NCBI RefSeq assembly: GCF_021869535.1
Contig: NW_026262701.1
Location: 100,812,001-100,876,000, forward strand
DNA length: 64,000 nt
DNA from: Mytilus californianus
Lineage: Eukaryota
Direction: 5' to 3'
Both the position numbers and the translations under genes were made by a program. A model generated the notes under the pieces. It was not told the DNA's origin. It ran no database searches and was given only the letters and a program-made list of their open reading frames with translations. Position 1 is the stretch's first letter. Every line of letters starts with the position of its first letter. Of the stretch, positions 54,842 to 64,000 are shown in pieces.

Positions 54842-57093
54842 GAAGAACCACTCCAAAAAAGAAAATGCAGCCTAGCTTCAATACCGGCATTAGACTCAAT
54901 AGACAATGATAGATATAATATATTTACTGAATGAGTTGACTGGAAAAGAAATATTAATTCCTTTTTAATACATGTATATTCTATAAATATTAAAGATATA
55001 TGAATTTGCACTGATAATAAGTTTAAAATGTACACAGTTGAAAACAAATCAATCCTTATATTCATGATATTACAGAACAAAATTAGACTGTCAGGAAATG
55101 GTCAGTTGTTGGCCTCATCCAAAGTTTTTGATGCAAAAATAGGTACACCTACTATTATCAATTGGCCTAGCCAGCATAGAACAGCAAAGCTTTTCAACTT
55201 TAATAAACCATTGTGTCTACTTCTGCATGTTATTCAGTTTTTTTTATGGAAATCAACAAAAACAAACCCCAATATAGCTTGTCTTTTCTCAAAATTCAGT
55301 GAAATGAAATTATCGGTTTTTCAATTAAGGCCAGGGGTGTTGATTATCAGAAACACACATATTGTTTTCTTTATAATAACAATATCATCTTCAATACCAA
55401 AATATTGTTAAAATAAGACATTTTTTTAAATTCTTGAAAGTTTTAGACAATAAAGCTTAATGGTATAAAAAAAATCTCAATGCTGGCGTATACAACATGT
55501 AGATGTGTTATTTTAAAACCTCAGATATATATCAGATTTATGGATACCATTAAACAACTCTGCAGTACATGTATGCAGTATTTTTATTTATTTATGATCT
55601 AATATTCTAATAAATTAATAATTTAGGTAATGCAGGGTCAAGTCACTTCTTTTTCACACACAAGATTATAAGGCCATTAAAAAATCATATAAAATATTTT
55701 GATTGATTTTCAGTCATCAAATTACATTAAGTTACATATTGATGTGTGTATATTATCACAATATGATCCATCATCTCTCTATCTACCTGCCAGGTGATAT
55801 TGACAACCAGACCTTACAGGTATATCACATATCTGTAAACTACCTGAAAATTTATTACCTTTCTTTATCAGTAATTGTATCTATTCAATAGCTTTTAGGC
55901 ATATAAACTTTCAATGTCCATATGATTTTCATAAATTTCTCATATATATACTAATTTGAATAGTGTAGACAAAGGTAGTCATCAGAATTCAATTTTTTTT
56001 ATGAATACTAAGAGTGGTCATTGATTTGTCCATTCTACAGTAAACTGAGGTAAGACAATAGACGATTTATATGTATTTTAATGCAATTTTATATCAATAT
56101 GAGATTATAGGGAACATACACTTTTAAATAGACATAAACAGTTTTGTATATATTTTGTATCTACATGTATGCTAGTGGTCAAATTTCTTAAAAAAGAATT
56201 AAAATTCAAGGGAAACACATGAACCAGTGATTAAGAATTTGAGATACCAGAATATAATAGATATTTATCAATTATTTTATTTCACTTTTATATTGAAAAT
56301 GTGACAAGTTAATGGTTTCCTTTTAGATTTATACTCAGATAAGATGGTTATCTTAAGCAGATTACATGTATAAGCAGATTATATACATGTACCATAGATA
56401 AATTCTTATCTGAGAAAAAGGTGTCAAAACCCTATAAAAATGGGTTCAGCTTAGTAATACTTATGTTTCATAAGATTGAAAAATAAAGTAGTCTTGTATG
56501 TCCAGTTGACTTAAAAAGGTTTTTAAAAATATACATGTGATGATGTGATACCAAAAGAGAAATGCAGTTATCCAGTTCATGAATTTGTTATTTGGTAACA
56601 TATGATATGTTTTTCTTTCTATTCAATCACTACTTACATAAAAGGTAAAATGTTATCCTGCAAAAATGTTTTGTTTAGGAAAAGGTGTCAAGGTGTGAGA
56701 GTGTCTCTTTTGTTGTACCCTATAGACTCTCTAAATGTAAATTTTAATTAAACTTTGTTGATGTTGCTACCTCATTAATGTTTCTTCCTCTCCTTTTATT
56801 CTTAATTTTTGTGTTGTTTGATTATTCAAAATTTTGTACATGAAATAACACAACTTTTCCAGTCAGTGATTTCAGAGGTGATAATCTCCTTACAGTAACA
56901 TTTGGAATATGTTATTTTTGATCGGAATTCTAAGCTTTTGAGCAGAAAGCTTTTTGATGGTTTATAAAGAAGGGGGAAACAAACAATATTTTAATTTTTG
57001 CCTAAAATTAAAGGCATTTGAGCTGAATGTTTACATAATTCATTAATCAAAACTGTTATCTTTTTCAGACGACTGAAGTATAGATAAGCTGCA

Positions 57094-57296
57094 ATGGTTA
57101 TCCAGTCATCTTCCCAGCTAAGAAGAGAAGGTGAAACTAAAGTGACTTATATTGCTACAGAACATGGGAACCAGATACTTACAGGGCTACAGTCTTTAAG
57201 GAAGAAAAGACAACTGTTTGATGTAACCTTAGTTGCTGAAGGTCAAAAGTTTAAAGCTCACAGAGTTGTATTGGCCTCTTGTTGTGATTATTTCAG
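57094..57296 (+). CDS. Kelch-like (BTB-BACK-Kelch) protein, coding exon 1 (exon starts 57069, ATG 57094)
   Basis: HGNQILTGLQSLRKKRQLFDVTLVAEGQKFKAHRVVLASCCDYF is a BTB N-terminus; donor AG|gtac, phase 2. Confidence 0.92.
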
Positions 57297-58284
57297 GTAC
57301 ATTTGATATATTCCTACATACCAGATACGTAACATGTGATGAATATATCCCAATATGTGATATGTGAATCTAGTTTTTTAATGCTTAAGTAATATGTTCA
57401 GTTTTTTATACCCCCGTCAAAGATGGGATGTATTTTGATAAACCAATGCTTGTCCATCCATCAGTCCTTCAATACTTCGTACAATGACTAAAATTTGCTT
57501 CAACTAATTCGCATATAACTTTAGTACAATATTAAAAGTAGGAAGGAAGCTCCCTTTCAATTTTTTTATTCTTAGTCTTGTCGTTCCTGAGTTACACTTA
57601 TTTGACCCTTAGATTTAAGGCAATTTTTCACAAATCGCTCACTAACTCCAGTACAATGTATTTGTGGAATGATTTCCTCTAAACTTTACATTATTGTGGT
57701 GATTGATGAAAGGATTTGATTTTTTTTAATTTTCTGGTTTGTTGCTCCAGAGTTGTCATGTTATGGGACTTTAATTGTCAGATTTTAGTAGATTTTTCAC
57801 ATATTGTACCATAACTTGAGTTTGCTTTGATTTATTTAGTGGAAACTTTACATAATTGTGGGAATTGGTTAACATAACTAACTGTTTGATTTAGGGTACA
57901 ATGTATCCTCAGGCTTGTTTTTTAAGGAGCCATTTTATTTGCTTGTTAAATGCCTTCGAAATATCCCATTTTATTCTTGCAACAATTTCAGTATGCACAA
58001 TAAGGGCATGTTCTCTTGGCGTAGCGGTTTATTATTTATACTAGTATTATACATGTATGAATAATATATAGTTACATAGCTTAGCAACAATGTTATAATA
58101 ACTGAAGTCAAAGGAGGCTAATTTATCAAAATTTTGTTAGATTGTGTCATCAGATTAAGTTGTTCATGTCAATTTTCACCAACACTTATCACAACCAAAA
58201 TGAATAAATTGTTAGATTTGATGATATTAAGAAAAGAAGGGCTATTGCAAACCATTATTTGAAAAAGTAGACATTTATTTTTAG

Positions 58285-58409
58285 AGCCATGTTTACTGAT
58301 GGATTGAAAGAAACAACACAAGATATTATTAGTATGAATGGTGTCACAGCTAAAGGAATCAAAAGTATAATAGAGTTTGCCTACTCATCTTCCATGGAAC
58401 TAGATAGAG
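58285..58409 (+). CDS. Kelch-like protein, coding exon 2
   Basis: ttttag|...|gttag; RAMFTDGLKETTQDIISMNGVTAKGIKSIIEFAYSSSMELDR (BTB); phase 2 to 1. Confidence 0.92.
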
Positions 58410-59645
58410 GTTAGATTTTATAAAAATTGTTACCTGATCTCCAGAAACTCGTTCTAATATAACCAGTCTTTTAAAGATATAGAATATATGATATGCAGTT
58501 GTCTATGAGGCAGCAACACGTTAAAAGACTATGGAAAAAAAATATAAGATAATATATTATCTGATGGCTTTTTGTAATGTTCAACAACTGATGGAATATC
58601 ATAATTATAAAAATAAGAAGATGTGGTATGATTGCAAATGAGACAACTCTCCACAAGAGACCAAATGACATAGAAATTAACAACTAAAGGTCACCGTATG
58701 GCCTTCAACAACAAGCAAAAACCATACCCCATTGTCAGTAGCCTTATGTGCTATTACAACGTAAAGGAAAAACAGTCATTCAATCTAAAAAATTGTAAAA
58801 CAATCCGCTAAATTAAACAAATGACTTATTCATGTAACTAGACAATAAAAAGAAAAGCCACTAATAGAGAAGACAATTCCAAGGACTACTTGCATGGACG
58901 GACTGTTTTGGGGTATTAGCTGGTGTATTAGGGTTTTGTCTATACCTTTAGTAATTGTAATAACTACCAATTTACCCACTGTAAAAATCAGCTTGACAAA
59001 AACTTATATTCTGTCATGCTTATTTCACTGTTTGAAGTTAATTTCATTCAAATTCAGAATTTAATATTGTGACCAAATGACATAGAAGTCAGAAACAATA
59101 GGTCATCGTATGCCTTTGACAATGGAGCAAAACTCATACTATATAGTAAGCTATAAAAGGCTAGAAAGGACAAAATATTAAACAATTTAAAGGAGAAAAA
59201 TTAACAGCTGATTAATGAACAAAACAATAAAAGATAAACATATATGATAGACAGCAACCAATGAGAACCACTGAATTGCAGGCAATTTAAGGTTCAATAT
59301 TAACAAATACAACCCTGAATTAAGATTTATTATTGCATTACTGATAAAAGCATTTCATTGATAAATTTACAGAACATTTTAAGTAAATAAAGTACATTGT
59401 CAATTTAGGAAAATTGTGGAAGAACATTTTAATTGGACATTTATGTACAGTTTATGCTCAGCTGTTAAAAATGAAGCGAAAAAAGATTTAAAAGAAATAT
59501 ATATACTCTTTAAATGAGTGTATACATGTATTAACAACTAATATTTTTTATCAGACAAGTTGTAATTATATTTTAAATAGGCCCAACAGGCTATGTGTAA
59601 ATTTTATTTATCACTCTAATAATAAATCGTTACCTTTTATTTTAG

Positions 59646-61108
59646 ATAATGTTGAAGACATATTGCTTGCAGCCAATCATATACAGTTATCACCTGTTAT
59701 AGCAGCCTGTACAAAGTTCTTAGAATCTCACCTGTCTGTTGACAACTGTTTTGAAATGTTTAATCTTGCCGACCTTTTATCTTTAAAAGAATTGAAAAAT
59801 ATAGTTGCCAGATTCATGTGTTCACATCTTGATCACTTCTTATTTGACCGAATACCAAAACTTACATTTCATACTCTCCGTCATATACTTGACTGTGATT
59901 TTCCTGTAAATTGCTCAGAAATGGACATTTTGTCAGGCATATTGGACTGGCTATATTTCAAGTTTGACGAGAGAAAGAATTTGGCCTGTCAACTATTTTC
60001 TCGTTTAAGATTCAGTGAACTAACTTTATTAGACATAGATACAATTAGTAATAAAAAGCAATTACTACAACTATTTGAGAAACAGCCAGAAGTTGAAAAA
60101 TTGTTCAGATCAACTGTTCTGACTTCTGTCTATAAACAGTCTGGTCTTTTGAATAATAGAGGTTTTGAAGAAGTATTAGTTTGTGTAGGTGGGTTCAGCC
60201 ATGACAGAGGTATGACAAACGATCTACGTTATTTGAACACTGAATCAAATTCATGGGACATATTAACAAAGATACCTCATGTAGAACAGTGTGACTTTGG
60301 CTTGACAGTCCTAAATAATGACCTTTACCTTGTTGGAGGATGCTACAATGACCTCATGCAGGAGATAATTCATCAGTATTGCTTCAAATATAGTCCCCAT
60401 GACAATTGTTGGCAGAGTATTGCCCCCCTACCGAGTGAGCGATGTCGCTTGTTTGTAGGTGCTGTTGAAGAGAAGCTGTATGCAATAGGAGGCAGGTTTG
60501 GCTCAGATGACTTTGTACAAGACTCTGAAACTCCATGTGAGTGCTATGATCCAGAAGAAGATCGATGGGATCCTATATCACCAATTCCAAACAACAGATC
60601 AGAGCATGCAGGGGTATCCCACAGAGGTCATCTGTACATATCAGGGGGCATTCATGATGACCATGCTCTTTCAGATTTCTATGTTTACTATCCAGAATTT
60701 GATTATTGGTCAGAACATACTCCAATGCAATCAAGACGAGCTGACCATTCAATGTTTGTTTACAACAATCAGATACATGTGATTGGAGGTTGGCATGAGA
60801 CCAATGCCGATGATAGAGTCTTAGTTAATAGCATTGATTGTTACAACATCAGCACCAGTCAATGGGAGACAATAGGGTCAGTTCCAAATCCACGACTTTA
60901 TGCATCATACACATGTTTTAACAACAAAGTTTATATGATTGGTGGCTGGATTGACGGAGATTATCAGAGAAAGGCGGAAACTGTCCTTGTTCTTGACCTG
61001 AAAACCATGACATGGTCAGAAAATCTTACTCCTAATATTGAAGCATGGGAACATAATAGCTGTAGTGTTTACATTCCTAAATCATCTCTTACAGAGAGAG
61101 TTCTGTAA
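59646..61108 (+). CDS. Kelch-like protein, coding exon 3 (end of BTB, BACK, six Kelch repeats); full protein 596 aa, KLHL9/13/26-like clade
   Basis: tttag|; DNVEDILLAANHIQL, BACK domain, repeated GG-(Y/F/W)...W Kelch motifs (LYLVGG, LYAIGG, LYISGG, IHVIGG, VYMIGG); TAA at 61106-61108. Exact orthologue not recognised. Confidence 0.95.
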
Positions 61109-63890
61109 CTAACTGAAATCATGAATAGTCATTTTTATTCTGGTTTAAATAATGAAAATTATAAAAACAAGACCACATGTTTCTGGTTTAAGTGACATAC
61201 AATGGTTTGGTGATAAATTAAGAAAGAAGAAATTCCAAATGTTAGTACAAAGTGGTGTAGTTTTGTTTGTTTTATGATACTGTAAACTGATTTATATTTT
61301 GAGAACCGATTTTGAAACAATTTATTTCTGTGATTTTCTATCGTAGCAATATTTGTGCTCTTTTCCATTGCATTTAAGTATACTTTATTATGCATTGTGT
61401 CTGTGGATAAATTTAATTTGTACAGATTTTCATGGCTATTTGATTTGTGTTTAGCAAAAGTTTGTATTCAATTCTATAGAAAATCTATTAATAGTTGAAC
61501 ATTTTAATTCCTGGTTTCCATATTCCCATGATATCAACACAAATTGGTAACCAACAAATAATAATGAACCCACAATATTTTATTTATTTCAATTTTATGA
61601 TTTTTGTTCGACTTCAACAACCAAAGAAACCAGATCTAAAATTCAGGTAAAAGGAAGAAGGGAAAAAAAAGTTTGTCAATTATGCATAAAATTTCACCAT
61701 ACCAATTTCTTTGAATGAAATTTAACAATTGAATTATCTGGTATAAGTATTATCCAATAACAGTACTGAATTTTGTCAAACAATCGCCTTGGCTAATTCT
61801 TCCAACTTTCTGCTTGCTTTGTTAATGCATTTAAGTATCGCCACTGAATGTTATTTATTCAAACATCAGTCTAAAATGAAACTATAATGATCATGAATCA
61901 TTGAAGAAGGGAAATTGTTACTTGTACATGTTCAGGGTACATCAGGAGGCATTCCATATTTTTACAATTGCATTTTGTGTTATTTATTTGTGAGTCTGTC
62001 TAACATTCATGTTTTTAACTACATGTAATTGTTTGTTGATTATTTATTTAATTATTATTTATTATTTAGTCATTTTTTTACCTCAAAACTGGTGTTTTTC
62101 ACAAAATGCCATATGTATTACAGGCATAGTGTTTGAATTAAAAGAACCACTACATATGTTCCTGATAAATATTCAGTAATCTTCCTCATTAGGCATTGTA
62201 AGATGACCTTATATCTTCACAATTTAAATTTTAGAAAATACCATTAGAGGGAATATTTTTCTCTCAGTTGAACTGCCTGTTCAAATTATAACAATTTTCC
62301 CATTTTCATGCCCCAGTAACATGTGTTTCGATTGCAGTTGACATTTTTTGAAATAAAATTACTGTTCTTTTAAATTTAGACACCCAATGATGAGGACAGC
62401 CATATGCTTGTACTTATTTTTCTATGGTACTTGTACATGTATTAATCAAGAAAGTACATTTGTAACTACCTTACCTACCTCAAAATGATGGTACTACCTA
62501 AGTGTTGTGATGAAGTGGTCATGGCCATTGTTTTAACTAGACATATCGAGACCTTTTTTGGTGTGTGTAACCTTCTCTTTCCATCATTTGTAAACATTTG
62601 AATAAGTCGTGTTGCATGATTGTTGTTTTTTTGTTCATCTTCTACACACTGTCTCTAAATGTATTATGCCATGATTCTGTCATCTTTATCTGTAACTTGA
62701 CATAAATTGTGTTGTGTTTTAGTTAACTAGTTATCCTCATAAAATATAATTTCCGCTTTCATTGACTTTAAACAAAGCTAGTGTTAGTTTTTAAGGGATA
62801 AGACCCAGATATTTTTTTAAGTGAACAAACTTTTTAGACTTGATTTCGATGTTGTTTATATTTTTCTTGCGTTTATTTTGAACGGCAATTGCTGTATTTT
62901 ATGATAAGATTTAATGTAGGTCAGATTGTATGGTTACTTAGTAGTAAGGGGCTAGGTTTTTACTTTTATTATTTTACATAAACCTATATCTGGTTATCCT
63001 GTGGGAGTTAATTTTTTTGTTTTATTGTATTGGTTTGCAAATACTGTCATAAATGAAACCATCTATTGTTTTTTTAATCGCATCTATAATGATTTTACTT
63101 TTAATATTTATTTTTTATATTGCTGTCAAAGTAATCTCTCATCTTGTTTAAATTATTTTTTATCAGTATCTTCTTATTCCATTCCTCTTGAGTCCAAAAA
63201 TACAAAATATTGCAGTACCATCTACATGGATCAATTTCAATAGGCAAACCCGTCCCATCCCCAAGAAAGAAGGAGGCTACTTAAAGAAACAAATAAAAGA
63301 ATATGTAAAATTTACTAGCTTTTGCCTATCAAAAGACTCAGAGGACTATTATTTGGAAGATTTGACATTAAGTGTTTGCAAGATTGACACAACACATGGT
63401 TGTAATATCTAATTTAAAAAAACTTGACAAGAGTTATTTCCCTGTAGCAAAGCTGCATTGAAAATTTCTTTGACAAACTTTTGATTTACCTCAAAGACAG
63501 GAGATAAACAAACTTACGTAAGTTGACTTAACTTTATTAATCATTTATTTATTCAATGTTTCAAATTTTTTGAAAATACTTTTTAAATTTTTTGAGTTCT
63601 AGGTATTGTTATTGTCAGAAATTTATTACATGCAATTTAATTTGTTTAATGCATAGTAAGAATAACAGTATTTATTGTTGACGTCTTGTTTTTAACAAAT
63701 TTTGACAATTTGATTTTATGTTGTTGTTTTAATTTATACTAGTGCTTTGTTGTAGTTATATGTAACACGTTTTATTTATCACTAATTTAACACTATTTTA
63801 GTAGATATATATATGGAAGTTGTTTGTGTTTTCTAACAATTTCATGATCATAGATGGATGACTTGCCCTTTTAATGTAAAACCTGAATTG

Positions 63891-64000
63891 TTATGCTTTT
63901 GCACCCAGGAAAGTGTGAAAGTTATGCTTTTACTCCCAGAAAAATGTGAAGTTTTTTCTTTTGCTCCCAGAAAAAAGTGAAAGTTATGCTTTTACTCCCA
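63891..64000. repeat. About 31-bp tandem repeat running off the window end
   Basis: Unit TTATGCTTTTACTCCCAGAAAAATGTGAAAG, at least 3.5 copies. Confidence 0.8.

Noticed and set aside
57403-58030. Possible further HINE starting TTTTTATACCCCCGTC in KLHL intron 1
   Set aside because: A plausible head is present, but I could not find a matching 3' subTIR or hairpin.

Overview
AT-rich animal genomic DNA. The repeat families resemble those I associate with bivalve molluscs such as Mytilus; this is inference, not checked. It holds two + strand multi-exon genes. (1) WDR7 / Rabconnectin-3 beta: 20 coding exons from 94 to the TAG stop at 40807, about 1374 aa in the window with exon 14 taken from its first acceptor. 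All intron phases are consistent and the N-terminal exons lie upstream of the window. (2) A BTB-BACK-Kelch (KLHL-family) gene: 3 coding exons, 57094-61108, 596 aa. Introns and intergenic DNA are packed with non-autonomous elements: Helentron/DINE-1-like HINEs of at least 4 families (some nested), TA-flanked MITEs, one hAT element with a perfect 8-bp TSD, and minisatellites/satellites. No transposase, rRNA, tRNA or CRISPR was recognised. The most unusual signal is that three WDR7 exon-intron junctions have themselves been tandemly amplified. These are about 48 copies of a 5' donor (31-bp unit, all downstream donors lead to a premature stop), 6 in-frame copies of a 3' acceptor (48-bp unit = 16-aa Ser-rich repeat), and a 58-bp donor duplication. 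Exon coordinates were read by hand; homology calls come from recalled protein sequences, not database searches.
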